This document shows, piece by piece, positions 28,618 to 39,631 of a DNA stretch of 64,000 nt. Both the position numbers and the translations under genes were made by a program. Source of the stretch: Candidatus Poribacteria bacterium (lineage in GTDB: Bacteria > Poribacteria > WGA-4E > UBA9662). The stretch's first letter is position 1. Every line of letters starts with the position of its first letter. Under the pieces are notes generated by a model, which saw only the letters and a program-made list of their open reading frames with translations, was not told where the DNA came from and did no database searches. Location: positions 1 to 64,000 of the forward strand of contig JAYGDX010000063.1 in the NCBI GenBank assembly GCA_046582655.1, given 5' to 3'.

Positions 28618-29960
28618 AGAAAACCTCTTAATATTTTTTCAAGTTCTATACCACGTGAGCCTTTAAGCAAAACTAGATCTCCCAAATCCACAACACGACG
28701 CAACGCGTCAACAGCTTCATCAGCAGTATAACAGTGATCTATCGATGCCATCTGATGCTGTATGCCATCCGCAATCTGACGACTGCAATTACCAACAGTG
28801 ATTAAAGTCTTTACATTTGGACGAATACATCGTCCAACTTCAAAATGGAGCTGAGCAGACTGCGCTCCCAGTTCCAGCATGTCACCCAGAACTGCTATTC
28901 GCTTCCCTTTAATATGAGTGTCACTCAACATGCCAAGCGCAACTTGAACTGAATTTGGATTAGAGTTATAAGCATCGTTAATTATATTAAAATCATCTAG
29001 TTCAATCCACTGAAGACGCATATCAGGTGGAGAAAAGTTCTCTAGACCAATTCGAATTTCTCGATGGGTTAAACCCGCCCATTTTCCAACACAGGCTGCC
29101 GCAAGTGCATTTGAAATATTATGGGCTCCTGCACAAGGTAGACGAATATCCTCAACATCCTGGTGATCAAGTTGCAAACGGAACCTAGGCTTTCCATAAT
29201 TGTCAATGCGAATATTGCTAGCAGACACATCCGCCGAGTGTTTATAACCAAAGGTAACCACCTCAACAGGGAACTCACGTCGAAGTCTTTCTGTGTAAAC
29301 ATCGTCAGCGCTCAAAATTGCCAAATCTACATTTTCAAGGATAGCGCTTTTTTCCTTAAAAACGCCTTCGATTGATCCAAGAAATTCCAAATGGCTAAAC
29401 CCGATATTCGTGATTACCGCAACATCTGGCTCAACAATGCCTGACAGATGTTTAATTTCACCCGGTTGGTTTGATCCAATTTCTAAAACTCCAACTTCAT
29501 CCTGAGCACTTAATTGTAACAATCGATTCGGTATACCAATACGGTTATTAAAATTCTTCTCGGATTTGAACACTGAGTACCGCTGCGCAAGCACTTCCGC
29601 AACCATGTCCTTAGTCGTGGTTTTTCCATTACTACCAGTAATCGCTACGATTGGAACATCAAATCGATTTCGATGCAGATTCGCAATCTCACCATAGGCA
29701 ACCAGTGTATCTCGAACCTCAATTACAACTGGCAATTTTATCTCAGAAGCCCTTGAAACAACAGCACCGATAGCTCCATTTTGTTCCACGTGGCTGACAA
29801 AATCATGACCGTCAAAATTTTCACCAATTATTGCAACAAAAAGATCTCCAGAAGCTAATGTCCTAGAATCGGTAGAAACTGCATTAATAACAAAGTTGTG
29901 TTCTCCACGAACTAATCGACCACCTGTTTTTCCGACAATTTCAGAGACGGTGAAGTGCAT
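28614..29960 (-). CDS. murF: UDP-N-acetylmuramoyl-tripeptide--D-alanyl-D-alanine ligase
   Basis: STDSR, GENFDGHDF, AITGSNGKTTTK, NDAYNSNP, LGDMLELG, LLKGSRG. Confidence 0.97.
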   Translation of the reverse strand: MHFTVSEIVGKTGGRLVRGEHNFVINAVSTDSRTLASGDLFVAIIGENFDGHDFVSHVEQNGAIGAVVSRASEIKLPVVIEVRDTLVAYGEIANLHRNRFDVPIVAITGSNGKTTTKDMVAEVLAQRYSVFKSEKNFNNRIGIPNRLLQLSAQDEVGVLEIGSNQPGEIKHLSGIVEPDVAVITNIGFSHLEFLGSIEGVFKEKSAILENVDLAILSADDVYTERLRREFPVEVVTFGYKHSADVSASNIRIDNYGKPRFRLQLDHQDVEDIRLPCAGAHNISNALAAACVGKWAGLTHREIRIGLENFSPPDMRLQWIELDDFNIINDAYNSNPNSVQVALGMLSDTHIKGKRIAVLGDMLELGAQSAQLHFEVGRCIRPNVKTLITVGNCSRQIADGIQHQMASIDHCYTADEAVDALRRVVDLGDLVLLKGSRGIELEKILRGFL

Positions 29961-30023
29961 AAATGATAACGAAATTTCGACGAAAAAAGCTAGTTCATTA
30001 CCCAAAAGCTTTGAGAATTGCTC

Positions 30024-30872
30024 TTACTCTTCGTCCACAGTCAGGACTGTACTTGTTGTGATGTACTCTTTTGATTTAAATTGATGGAGGTACATTCTCA
30101 ACTCATCATTGCGTGGATTCAGTTCATAAGCTTTCTCAAGATTATCTTTCCCAACATCTAACTGACCAATTTTGATATACAAAGCTCCCAAATTTTGAAA
30201 GGGCGCATCATAAGCCGGCTTGACATCAATCGCGGCAACGTATGAATCACGTGCTTTCAGCAAAAACTCTTTTGTTCGCCCAACAAGAATGTTTACTTTT
30301 TTACTCTTGATAGACCACCTGCTACTGGAGATATAGGCATTTCTTCGCTTTGCCCTTTGCTCAATTTGTTCAGCTGTTTCATCATTACAGATAAAAACTA
30401 GGTACCCAGATTCAACTTCACGCAGTGCTGTTCCAAGTTCTAGATTTCCTTCAGAGATCGTATTAGCTGTCAAATCACGTTCCCATGATGGCCAAGTACT
30501 ACCTGCATACTCAAGTCCAAGCGCGTAGTAGGTTGCACCTAAGTCATTCCAGACTTCCGAATTTTGAGGCCGCATCTTCAACGCTTTCGTCAGTTTAATA
30601 ATAGCCTGTTCGTATCTTTTACCACTGTGGTCGATTCGTGCTTGCTCACGTAAATATTTGAACTCCTGACTGTCCATGTTAACGATCTCAGCATTGTCAT
30701 CATCCGATTGCATTAACATAACAATGGAAAGCAGAATAACTATTGAAACAATAGCACCAATTATTAACGGGACACGTTGTCTGTTTAAAGCACGTTGTGC
30801 TTCTTCAACTCCCTTAAATCGCTTATCGATCTCTTCGCTTCCTGTTCTTCTTTTTCCCATTTTTATGTCCAC
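30024..30872 (-). CDS. Membrane-anchored TPR protein
   Basis: N-terminal TM; TPR helices (AIIKLTKALKMRPQNSEVWNDLG; NLGALYIKIG...LEKAYELNP). Confidence 0.8.
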   Translation of the reverse strand: MDIKMGKRRTGSEEIDKRFKGVEEAQRALNRQRVPLIIGAIVSIVILLSIVMLMQSDDDNAEIVNMDSQEFKYLREQARIDHSGKRYEQAIIKLTKALKMRPQNSEVWNDLGATYYALGLEYAGSTWPSWERDLTANTISEGNLELGTALREVESGYLVFICNDETAEQIEQRAKRRNAYISSSRWSIKSKKVNILVGRTKEFLLKARDSYVAAIDVKPAYDAPFQNLGALYIKIGQLDVGKDNLEKAYELNPRNDELRMYLHQFKSKEYITTSTVLTVDEE

Positions 30873-30920
30873 GCATTTTCAGTCTGTGATTTTCTACCGA
30901 TGAAACAGCTGCTTAACTAT

Positions 30921-32315
30921 TCACTGAACAACAAGGTTGCGAATGGCCCATTCCTCACGATCTCGCTCAAAAAAAAGTGAGAATCTCTGATTGCGACGTA
31001 ATCGGATAACAATCCGTTTAAAATTTTCTAGTGAATCAACTGCAACATTTCCAAGCTTATAGATCAAATCTCCTCTTCGAAGCCCTTTCCTAGCAAGCTC
31101 ACTCCCTCCCCTTACCCTGGATACAATTACACCACGATGGCTGTAATTATTCAAGTCCTTTCGACTCTGTTGTCTAACCTTTAACTTCCAACTATCAATT
31201 TCATAATTTCGCTGCAATTCTTTAATTGTAATTTTGATCTGCTGCTGAATACCAGCTCTAAACACCTGGAAGATTATGTCCTCGTTTTCACCAATCAACC
31301 GGGTAATCGAATGATACTCATCTTGATCCATTACCGTTTGACCATTTATTTTTGTAATAACATCACCACGTTTTATTCCAGATAGGGCGACAATACTACC
31401 ATCCTCCACTTGCGTAACAAGAACCCCGGTTGCTTCTGGCGAATTTACCGCTTCAGCTAGATCCTGCGTTAGATTCTGCACTTTTAGTCCAATTACTGGC
31501 GGGATAATCGCACCATGCTCAATGATTCTACCAACAACTTTTTGTGCGATATCCGCGGGAATTGCGAAACCAATGCCCTGTGACCCGCCACTTGTTGAAT
31601 AAATTGCTGTATTAACGCCAATCAGTTGACCATGAAGGTTAACCAATGCGCCGCCACTGTTACCAGGATTAATCGAAGCGTCCGTTTGAATCAGATGGCG
31701 ATAAAGCCGATTTTCCGCTTTTAAAGTCCGGTTTGTTGCACTAACAACACCGATAGTTACTGTCGGCTTGGGATTTCCCACAGCAGATGCGAACGGATGC
31801 CCTATGGCGATGGCCCATTCACCAATCATCAGGTTGCTTGAATCCCCGAATTGAATTTCAAGCAGTTGAGAAGGAGGTTCTATCTTAAGAACGGCAAGAT
31901 CTGATAGTTGATCTAACCCAACAACCTGAGCTTCGAACTCTTGCCCATCAAATAGAATAATTTCAACAAAATCGGCGTCCTCGATCACATGCTGGTTGGT
32001 AAGAATATATCCATCCTCACTGATTATTATACCTGATCCCAACCCATGAAGTTCTCGCTTTTGAGGTATCTGAAACGGCATGTCAAAGAATGGCGACCAG
32101 AGATCCTGAAAAAATGGATTAACCGCATACTCTTGAATCTGCGTCGTGCTAATATTGACCACTGCAAGACTCGCGAACTCAACAGCGTTAACAATAGCAT
32201 TCCTGCGGGAACCTAATAATCCCTGTTGGACATCAGCATTTTTCCCTACACATACAACTGCCAAACAAAGAAATAAAGAAAGCGTATAAACAGTATATCG
32301 AAACTGATGAAACAT
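30921..32315 (-). CDS. HtrA/DegP-family serine protease with two PDZ domains
   Basis: GLGSGIII, ILTNQHVI, SDLAVLKI, IQTDASINPGNSGG. Confidence 0.95.
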   Translation of the reverse strand: MFHQFRYTVYTLSLFLCLAVVCVGKNADVQQGLLGSRRNAIVNAVEFASLAVVNISTTQIQEYAVNPFFQDLWSPFFDMPFQIPQKRELHGLGSGIIISEDGYILTNQHVIEDADFVEIILFDGQEFEAQVVGLDQLSDLAVLKIEPPSQLLEIQFGDSSNLMIGEWAIAIGHPFASAVGNPKPTVTIGVVSATNRTLKAENRLYRHLIQTDASINPGNSGGALVNLHGQLIGVNTAIYSTSGGSQGIGFAIPADIAQKVVGRIIEHGAIIPPVIGLKVQNLTQDLAEAVNSPEATGVLVTQVEDGSIVALSGIKRGDVITKINGQTVMDQDEYHSITRLIGENEDIIFQVFRAGIQQQIKITIKELQRNYEIDSWKLKVRQQSRKDLNNYSHRGVIVSRVRGGSELARKGLRRGDLIYKLGNVAVDSLENFKRIVIRLRRNQRFSLFFERDREEWAIRNLVVQ

Positions 32316-34033
32316 CACTTTTTCCAAAGCTGGGGGGCAAACAGTACAAGCACAGTATATAGTTCTAAACGTCCTAAAAGCATACAGAAACACAAAATCC
32401 ATTTGCCAGCTGGAACGATATGTGCGTAATTGTTTGTTGGGCCAACACTCCCTAATCCTGGGCCAATATTCATCAGTGCAGATGCAACTGCACTGCTCGC
32501 ACTGATAAGATCTAGCCCTACCCCCGTGAGAATAATCGTCGCCGTTACGAACACCGCCACACCGATGAAGAAAAACCCCAAAATATTAGTCATAATCCCT
32601 GTAGGAACAACTTGTCCATTCAGCTTTACGGGTAGGACGGCATGTGGCATAATCAATTGTTTAATTTCACGATAGCCTTGCTTAATCAAAAGTAAGAATC
32701 GAACCTGTTTCATTCCACCACCAGTTGATCCTGCACAGCCACCAAAAAACATGAGGGAAACTAAGGTCACTTGCGACATAAATGGCCACACTTCAAAGTT
32801 TGCGGTTCCATACCCTGTAGTAGTAACGATGGCTAAAACTTGGAATCCCACAAAGCGCAGTGCATCGCCAATGGACTTGTAGACCACTTTTGCTTGGTGA
32901 ACTTCGTAAGTGGTGTCGTTAATCACGATCTGTTCAAAATTATCTTGAACGAAGTAGATCTGGTTCTGATATTCGACTTTACCATCGGCAACCGGATAGG
33001 TTTTGTCTTCTATCTGCACAATTTGATCTTGACTCACTGAACGGGTTACACCGTTGACTACAGCAACAGGTTGCAGCATGGTATTAAGCGTCAGAGCCAC
33101 CACTACTAGGCCAATCACAAAGAGGTAAAATCGGAATTCCTCGTCTTTCAGGTAGCTGCCAAAATCACCTTTCAGTGCCTTATAATGATGTGAGAAATTA
33201 GTTCCAGCAATGAACATGAAAACAATGACGACCACATCAATATAGATGCTGTTATAGTGACCAATGCTGGCATTTTTAGGTGAGAAGCCACCAGTAGCCA
33301 TAGTCCCAAAGGCATGACAAAAGGCATTATACAGACCTTCGCCAAGAGTTTCACGGACATTTTCATGCACAATCCAAACTGTCCCAATCCACAAAAAAAA
33401 CACTTCTATCAGAGTGATTAAAACATAAACCCACCATAAAACTTTTGCCGTTTCTTGAATTCTTGGGGTCATACGATTGGTTTGTGGTCCTGGAGCTTCG
33501 GCTCGGTACAGCTGCATACCACCAACACCAAGCAAGGGTAAAATTGCAACAACCAAAACCAAGATCCCCATGCCGCCAAACCAGTGAGTAAAACTTCGCC
33601 AAAATAGGATCCCATGCGGCAGATGCTCAATTTCAGGCAGGATTGTCGCACCAGTAGTCGAAAAACCTGACATTGCCTCAAAATAGCCGTCCGTGAACCG
33701 TCTGAAGATTGAAACTTGTTGATCTATTCCATTTCCAAGAAAGTCTTGGTAAAAAAAGTACGGCAACGCACCTGCAAGTGCAATTAATATCCAGCCGAAA
33801 GTGACAATTGCAAAGCCTTCTTTGTTACCCAGTTCCCGGTTCGTATCACGAGTAGCCAGATGCAAGATCCCACCCACAATGACCGTGATCACAATCGTTT
33901 TGGTAAAAGCCATTAGATCTTGTTCGCCGCTAGCCATATTGTAATAGGCGGCAATCGCCAAAGGAACCAAGAGTGCCACTGAAACAGCAAGCAATAGATT
34001 ACTGAGTATAAATAAGATCTGCTTCAGATTCAT
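32315..34033 (-). CDS. trkH: Trk potassium uptake membrane protein
   Basis: FEAMSGFSTTGAT, TMATGGFS, TTTGY, GGCAGSTGGGMK, NIGPGLG, MLLGRLE. Confidence 0.95.
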   Translation of the reverse strand: MNLKQILFILSNLLLAVSVALLVPLAIAAYYNMASGEQDLMAFTKTIVITVIVGGILHLATRDTNRELGNKEGFAIVTFGWILIALAGALPYFFYQDFLGNGIDQQVSIFRRFTDGYFEAMSGFSTTGATILPEIEHLPHGILFWRSFTHWFGGMGILVLVVAILPLLGVGGMQLYRAEAPGPQTNRMTPRIQETAKVLWWVYVLITLIEVFFLWIGTVWIVHENVRETLGEGLYNAFCHAFGTMATGGFSPKNASIGHYNSIYIDVVVIVFMFIAGTNFSHHYKALKGDFGSYLKDEEFRFYLFVIGLVVVALTLNTMLQPVAVVNGVTRSVSQDQIVQIEDKTYPVADGKVEYQNQIYFVQDNFEQIVINDTTYEVHQAKVVYKSIGDALRFVGFQVLAIVTTTGYGTANFEVWPFMSQVTLVSLMFFGGCAGSTGGGMKQVRFLLLIKQGYREIKQLIMPHAVLPVKLNGQVVPTGIMTNILGFFFIGVAVFVTATIILTGVGLDLISASSAVASALMNIGPGLGSVGPTNNYAHIVPAGKWILCFCMLLGRLELYTVLVLFAPQLWKK

Positions 34034-34038
34034 TTCCC

Positions 34039-35388
34039 TCAAAAAAGCTCTTCAACTTTTGGAATGGCATTGGGTAAGCTAAAAACAATGACACGGTCTT
34101 CAGGCAAGATGGTTAAATCCCCTGTTGCTACCATATGACCTCCATCACGGACAACTGCACCAATCAAAGCATGATCAGGAAATCGGATTGAATTGACTGT
34201 TTTCCCCGCAATCTTAGCCCCTGGATCAACAATCATTTCCAAGACTTCAGCTTCAATTTCGTGAAGAGATGCGGCGGAAACAATATGACCACGTCTGACA
34301 AGATGAAGGATTTCACTGACTGCAACCAGGTGGCGACTAACCACAGCATCCAATAACGGGATGTCTGCCAATATAGGCAGGTATCTTGGTTGCTGGATGA
34401 GCGCAGAGACATGCTTGGCACCATTCTGTTTAGCAGTCACACAAGCCATGATATCGTCCTCATCATGACCTGTTACAGATATGAATCCATCGACGCCTTT
34501 TACACCAATTTCGTTAAAAAAAAGGGGATCAAGATAGTCACCACATAATACAGTGGTTTTCCTTAAAATCATCGAAGCTGCTTCTGCTTTATCCCGAGAT
34601 CTATCGACTAATTTGATATCAGTTCCACTACCCTCAAGCGCTTGTGCGATATATATACCAACTCGATTCGCCCCAACAATAATAACGTGATTCGGTTCGA
34701 TTTCGTGAGGAACATTACAAAAATCAAACATGTCGTCAATTGCCTCACGACTCCCAATGACAAAAACTTCGTCTGTTTCCTGGATAGAATCATGGCCAGT
34801 TGGGATAACTGTTTGTCCACCTGAACGCTTAATCGCTGTAAAACGAAGTTTGGGTGCCCAACTATAATTCCCCAAGTTTCGCATTGATTTTCCAATTAAA
34901 GGATTATTTGAATCAACATTGAATGTAACAAGTTGAATCTTCCCATTTTCAAACTCCACAAACTCACGGGTTTCAGGGAAACTTAAAAGGCGTACAAATT
35001 CATTAGCGCTCAGCTTCTCTGGATTAATGAGTATATCTATGCCAAAATCGGATGGTTTTAAAATCTCTTCATCGTTAAAATACTCTGTTGACGAAACACG
35101 AGCAATTTTCGTTTTAGCACCGTTTTGGTTTGCTATCGCACAAGCAATTATATTAACTTCGTCGGAATCTGTCACAGCTATAAATAAATCCACATTGGAA
35201 ATCCCAGCCTCTTTCAGCAATATGGCGCTAGTCCCAGACCCCTGAAGAGTCATAACATCAACGCTCTCTTGAACTTGTTGAAGTGCGCCTTCAGATTGAT
35301 CAATTAATACTGTGTCTCTTCCTTCAGAGGCTAAAACTTTCGCTAAGTGAAGGCCAACCCCACCTGCACCAACGACAATCGCTTTCAT
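34039..35388 (-). CDS. trkA: Trk potassium uptake NAD-binding subunit
   Basis: Two RCK domains, IVVGAGGVG and IIVGANRVG. Confidence 0.95.
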   Translation of the reverse strand: MKAIVVGAGGVGLHLAKVLASEGRDTVLIDQSEGALQQVQESVDVMTLQGSGTSAILLKEAGISNVDLFIAVTDSDEVNIIACAIANQNGAKTKIARVSSTEYFNDEEILKPSDFGIDILINPEKLSANEFVRLLSFPETREFVEFENGKIQLVTFNVDSNNPLIGKSMRNLGNYSWAPKLRFTAIKRSGGQTVIPTGHDSIQETDEVFVIGSREAIDDMFDFCNVPHEIEPNHVIIVGANRVGIYIAQALEGSGTDIKLVDRSRDKAEAASMILRKTTVLCGDYLDPLFFNEIGVKGVDGFISVTGHDEDDIMACVTAKQNGAKHVSALIQQPRYLPILADIPLLDAVVSRHLVAVSEILHLVRRGHIVSAASLHEIEAEVLEMIVDPGAKIAGKTVNSIRFPDHALIGAVVRDGGHMVATGDLTILPEDRVIVFSLPNAIPKVEELF

Positions 35389-35448
35389 TAAAAACCTACC
35401 GTCAATTTTAATTGAATATGAAGTGAATTCATAAAGTTAGATCAATTA

Positions 35449-36459
35449 CTAATTGTGTTCTACATTTTCAATGATCATTTCATCATCAATCAGTCGAAAA
35501 TCAAATTCATTTAACTGAAGATAACGTTGAAAACGATCGTAGACAGAATCCACCGTTAATTTATCATCATAACATATCAAAAAAACCATTATTACCTCTG
35601 ACGAATCAGAGAACCAAGATGGCTTTGAAAGTTTAATTGAAGCAGATTTTGCACCTTTACCTTCCAACACATATTCAGGAAACAGAGGAGATTTATTAGC
35701 AAAACCCATGCCTGAAATGTAAATCCTTTCACTGTTTTGTACTCGATTCATCTCGGGCAACAACTTTAAGATGCTTGGTTCCCTAGGAGCTTTGATGCTC
35801 TCAATTATCATCCGAGCAAATCCAACCGAGGCTTGTCTAATACGAGTTGCAAATTCATATTCTTCGATTTGGACGAAATATTTTCCCTTTGCAAACATAA
35901 TAATTTCTTCCGAGAACAAAACATGAGTCCCTTGAATTACTTCAATCTCATCCTCTGGATATCGAACGGAACTATAAACGCCAAAAGCGTTTTCCATCGT
36001 TCCCATATCGAAAACCTCAACCATAATAAGCGGATAAGACGCCAAATTCGGAGATTTATATTCAACATGCACTTGCTTTATGACGCCATGCTGATAGAAA
36101 AGTTTTGGTTGAGCGATGATAACATCGTTATAAAGTTTGTGTCCAACATAGGTACTCGGTTCAGTGCATCTCACCCAGTATGAAATCGCGTTATCAATTG
36201 GTAGTAGGCCAATTGGGGGAATATCTGTGGTAACCAGCTTGCTAACTGCAATCTTTCTTCTACAGTTTTTAGAGACCTGGTTCAAAAAGTATTGTGCCGT
36301 TTTAACGGACCTCGCTCCCAGAACCCCATAAAGATATTTGCCGTGAGTACTAATAGTAGTATAACGCTTAGACGTGCCTTGACAAGCAACGGTAAGAGAA
36401 CATAACAGGAGGAAACTGATTATACCAAGTTTCGCGGTTTCATCATTCTTTACTACCAT
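35449..36459 (-). CDS. Lipoprotein, DUF6599-like
   Basis: Lipobox-like LTVAC; VEVFDMGTMENAFGVYS, FAKGKYFVQI. Confidence 0.6.
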   Translation of the reverse strand: MVVKNDETAKLGIISFLLLCSLTVACQGTSKRYTTISTHGKYLYGVLGARSVKTAQYFLNQVSKNCRRKIAVSKLVTTDIPPIGLLPIDNAISYWVRCTEPSTYVGHKLYNDVIIAQPKLFYQHGVIKQVHVEYKSPNLASYPLIMVEVFDMGTMENAFGVYSSVRYPEDEIEVIQGTHVLFSEEIIMFAKGKYFVQIEEYEFATRIRQASVGFARMIIESIKAPREPSILKLLPEMNRVQNSERIYISGMGFANKSPLFPEYVLEGKGAKSASIKLSKPSWFSDSSEVIMVFLICYDDKLTVDSVYDRFQRYLQLNEFDFRLIDDEMIIENVEHN

Positions 36460-36962
36460 TGTTCTGCAAGCATACTGTAGAAGTCATTAGATAATTCTTG
36501 GATCAGTCTTTCTCTGGCTTCTTCAAGAGTTTCCGGTGGTTCGCCTCTACCCTGAACAATATAAAATTCACAAATCTGTATGTAATTATCTTGACGATCT
36601 ATTACCTTGTTACGAACACGATCGGTAAAAGTATAATCTATCGTCAACTTCATCTGCAGTTGAGTCGGTTGATTATTGGCATTAAAGTTTATCGGTCTAA
36701 GATCGTAGTCGACTACCACAATATCCAACTGAGAGTCATTACCATCCTGCCATTTCTTTTCAAAACTTTCGGTAATCGATTCACGAACAATTTCGTCGTA
36801 AAGCCTACCAGTACTTCGCTGGTAAGTAAAGTCAGGATCTTCAATAACTACAGGCGAAATGGTAATAGACTCAATGTGGTTAAGATAATCGGTTGTTGAA
36901 ACATACCCACAACCCGATACATAATATAAAAAGCACAGAAAAACAAAAAAAGAGAGTTTCAT
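36453..36962 (-). CDS. LptE-like outer-membrane lipoprotein
   Basis: Lipobox VSGCGY; size and strand/helix pattern typical of LptE (C-terminal EARERLIQELSNDFY...W). Confidence 0.6.
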   Translation of the reverse strand: MKLSFFVFLCFLYYVSGCGYVSTTDYLNHIESITISPVVIEDPDFTYQRSTGRLYDEIVRESITESFEKKWQDGNDSQLDIVVVDYDLRPINFNANNQPTQLQMKLTIDYTFTDRVRNKVIDRQDNYIQICEFYIVQGRGEPPETLEEARERLIQELSNDFYSMLAEQW

Positions 36963-36969
36963 ACACGGG

Positions 36970-37293
36970 TTAGGAACAACAATAATCTAGTCGGGGGAAG
37001 GAAAGACAAACAGAAATTTCACCTCTAACATTTATCATCATAATGCTTGGGCGTGGTTTAGGGCTTGGACGATGACTAGGAAGATCGTTTCTATATAAAT
37101 ATGCTTTAATAGTCCCTGGTAGATTCAATACGTAATGGGTAATCTGATCCGCTTTCCAAATAGAAACACCTAAAATAACAATTTGTAGCAAAAGGACAGC
37201 CGTCAAAAAAGGATTCACCCATTTACGGTCAAATAAGGGTACGCTCTCTCCTGAAGGCAATTTATGAACCAGATTACGAGAGCTCACTTTCAT
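36970..37293 (-). CDS. Small hypothetical membrane protein
   Basis: One hydrophobic segment; fills the gap between co-oriented genes. Confidence 0.45.
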   Translation of the reverse strand: MKVSSRNLVHKLPSGESVPLFDRKWVNPFLTAVLLLQIVILGVSIWKADQITHYVLNLPGTIKAYLYRNDLPSHRPSPKPRPSIMMINVRGEISVCLSFPRLDYCCS

Positions 37294-37329
37294 AATTAAT
37301 TATAGAAGCGATGTAATTCCTGAGGAAGT

Positions 37330-39603
37330 TTAGTCTCTATCTTTAGGAATTCTCATAGATCTACCACGTCCACGATTATCACGATCATCGCGGTTATACG
37401 GACGACGCCTACTATCACTACCCCTTTGGTCACCACGGGAATCACGTGATGAGCGACTCTTATCAGGACTGGAGTCACTATAGCCCTCTGCAGCCTTAGC
37501 GGCATTAGCTTCGGTTCGTTCAACACTAACCATAATGAGATCTACTTGCCCATTATCATTGATATCAGCAACGCGAACAGTTATGCTATCTCCAACACCC
37601 ATGACTTCTTCAACACGAGCAACATAACCTTCACCCATTTTCGAGATGTGCACAAGACCATCGCAACCGGGTAAGATGTTGACAAACGCACCAAAATTTG
37701 TCGTTCGCACAACTTCACCAACATATTCCTTGTCAACCTCAGGGACTGCGGTAATCTCAGCAATCAATTCCTCAGCTTTACTGGCTGCCTCACTATCAGT
37801 GGAGGCAATTTCAACTTTACCGTCGTCATTGATAGCTATCGTAACTCCAGTTTCTTCCTGAATCCCTTGGACAACTCTACCCCGCGGACCAATTAGATCT
37901 TTAATTTTGGCCGTTGGTATTTGAATGGTGTAAATCCGAGGTGCATATTCGGATAAATCCTTACGCGGCTCAACGATAACCTCACACATTTTGGAAAGCA
38001 CATGCATACGTGCTTCTTTCGCTTGATGAATTGCTTTTCGCATCAGATCCGGTGTGACGCCATCGATTTTAATATCCATCTGGATCGCAGTCAAGCCTGT
38101 TTCTGTTCCGGCAACCTTAAAATCCATATCGCCCAAAAAGTCCTCAGTACCAAGCATATCAGTTAAGATAACTTCTTGATCCCCCTCTTTAACAAGTCCA
38201 ACGCCGACACCAGCTACCATCTTTTTAATTGGCACACCAGCATCCATTAAGGCTAAAGTAGCGCCACAAACTGTTGCCATAGAAGACGAAGCATTGGATT
38301 CCAGAATTTCTGATACGACACGAACTGTGTAATTGAAATCTTCCCGACTTGGTATTACAGGCGCTATAGCCTTTTCGGCAAGCGAACCATGACCAATATC
38401 ACGCCGCCCGGGCCCCATCATTCGCTTCACTTCTCCAACGCTATAAGGTGGAAAGTTATAATGTAAGAAAAATGGATGACTCTGATCTCCCGCCAAAGTT
38501 CTGCGAGTAACCTCGTCAGTACTTGAGCCAAGCGTGACAGTACAAAGCGCCTGTGTCTGTCCACGCGAAAAAAGCGCCGAGCCATGTGTTCGTGGAAGAA
38601 CACTAACTTCGCCACTTATTTGACGAACCTCTTTCACGCTGCGTCCATCTACACGTTTTCCTTCCTCAAGGATTGAACGGCGCATTTCCTGTTTTTCGAT
38701 ATCACTCAGAACCATAATTGTGTCTGTTGTGGTCGCACGAATATCAGTTTCTTCCTCCAACGACTCATCAGCAAGAATTTCTTCAAGTACATCCTTTTGA
38801 ACTTTCTCGAGAAACTCAGCTCGGCCCTCTTTTTCTTCCATGCCAATAGATTGACGTATCCGGTCAGTGGCGAGTGCTCGAACTCGATCTGTAACCCCTT
38901 GATCAATCTCTTTTGCTATATATTCCCGTTTCGACTGCCCAACAACGGCGACTAATCCCTCTTGTAATTTAATAACCTCTTTAATTACTCCGTGAGCATG
39001 AAAAATGGCATCAATTACTTCGTCTTCTGAAGTTTCGTGGGCACTTCCTTCCACAGACATAACTGCCTCTTCATTGCCGCTAACAAAGAATTCAAACTCG
39101 GACGTCTCCATCTCTTCAACGGTTGGGTTGATAACAAATTCACCATTAATTCGACCAATCACGACAGCACCGACTGGACCATTAAACGGTATATCAGAAA
39201 CTGACAAAGCTGCTGAAGCACCAATTAATGATGGTACGTCCGCAAAATGCTCACCATCAAAAGAAAGAACCGTGCATAAAATCTGCACCTCACTCTTAAA
39301 ATTTTTTGGAAAAAGTGGGCGAATACAATGGTCTATTAACCTCGCTGTTAATTGCTCAGTATCGCCAGGTCGCGGTTCGCGGCGGCCATAAACGGGAGGA
39401 ATTCTTCCATTTGCATATGCTCTTTCACGATAATCTACTGTCAATGGGAAAAAGTCAAGGTTAGTGGACTCCTTTGAGGCAACCGCAGTTACCAAAACAA
39501 CTGTCCCACCATGCTGTACCCATGCAGCTCCATCTGCTTGCTTGGCAACCTTGCCCGTTTCAACCGATAATTTTTCGTTGCCAAGTTGCATTTCTACTTT
39601 CAA
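37330..39603 (-). CDS. pnp: Polyribonucleotide nucleotidyltransferase
   Basis: FFPLTVDYRE, HGSALFSRGQTQA, EDFLGDMDFKVAGT, KH and S1 domains; probable TTG start at 39603 after GAGGAG. Confidence 0.98.
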   Translation of the reverse strand: MKVEMQLGNEKLSVETGKVAKQADGAAWVQHGGTVVLVTAVASKESTNLDFFPLTVDYRERAYANGRIPPVYGRREPRPGDTEQLTARLIDHCIRPLFPKNFKSEVQILCTVLSFDGEHFADVPSLIGASAALSVSDIPFNGPVGAVVIGRINGEFVINPTVEEMETSEFEFFVSGNEEAVMSVEGSAHETSEDEVIDAIFHAHGVIKEVIKLQEGLVAVVGQSKREYIAKEIDQGVTDRVRALATDRIRQSIGMEEKEGRAEFLEKVQKDVLEEILADESLEEETDIRATTTDTIMVLSDIEKQEMRRSILEEGKRVDGRSVKEVRQISGEVSVLPRTHGSALFSRGQTQALCTVTLGSSTDEVTRRTLAGDQSHPFFLHYNFPPYSVGEVKRMMGPGRRDIGHGSLAEKAIAPVIPSREDFNYTVRVVSEILESNASSSMATVCGATLALMDAGVPIKKMVAGVGVGLVKEGDQEVILTDMLGTEDFLGDMDFKVAGTETGLTAIQMDIKIDGVTPDLMRKAIHQAKEARMHVLSKMCEVIVEPRKDLSEYAPRIYTIQIPTAKIKDLIGPRGRVVQGIQEETGVTIAINDDGKVEIASTDSEAASKAEELIAEITAVPEVDKEYVGEVVRTTNFGAFVNILPGCDGLVHISKMGEGYVARVEEVMGVGDSITVRVADINDNGQVDLIMVSVERTEANAAKAAEGYSDSSPDKSRSSRDSRGDQRGSDSRRRPYNRDDRDNRGRGRSMRIPKDRD

Positions 39604-39631
39604 GTCTTCTTCTCCTCTTTCCTTATTCACA

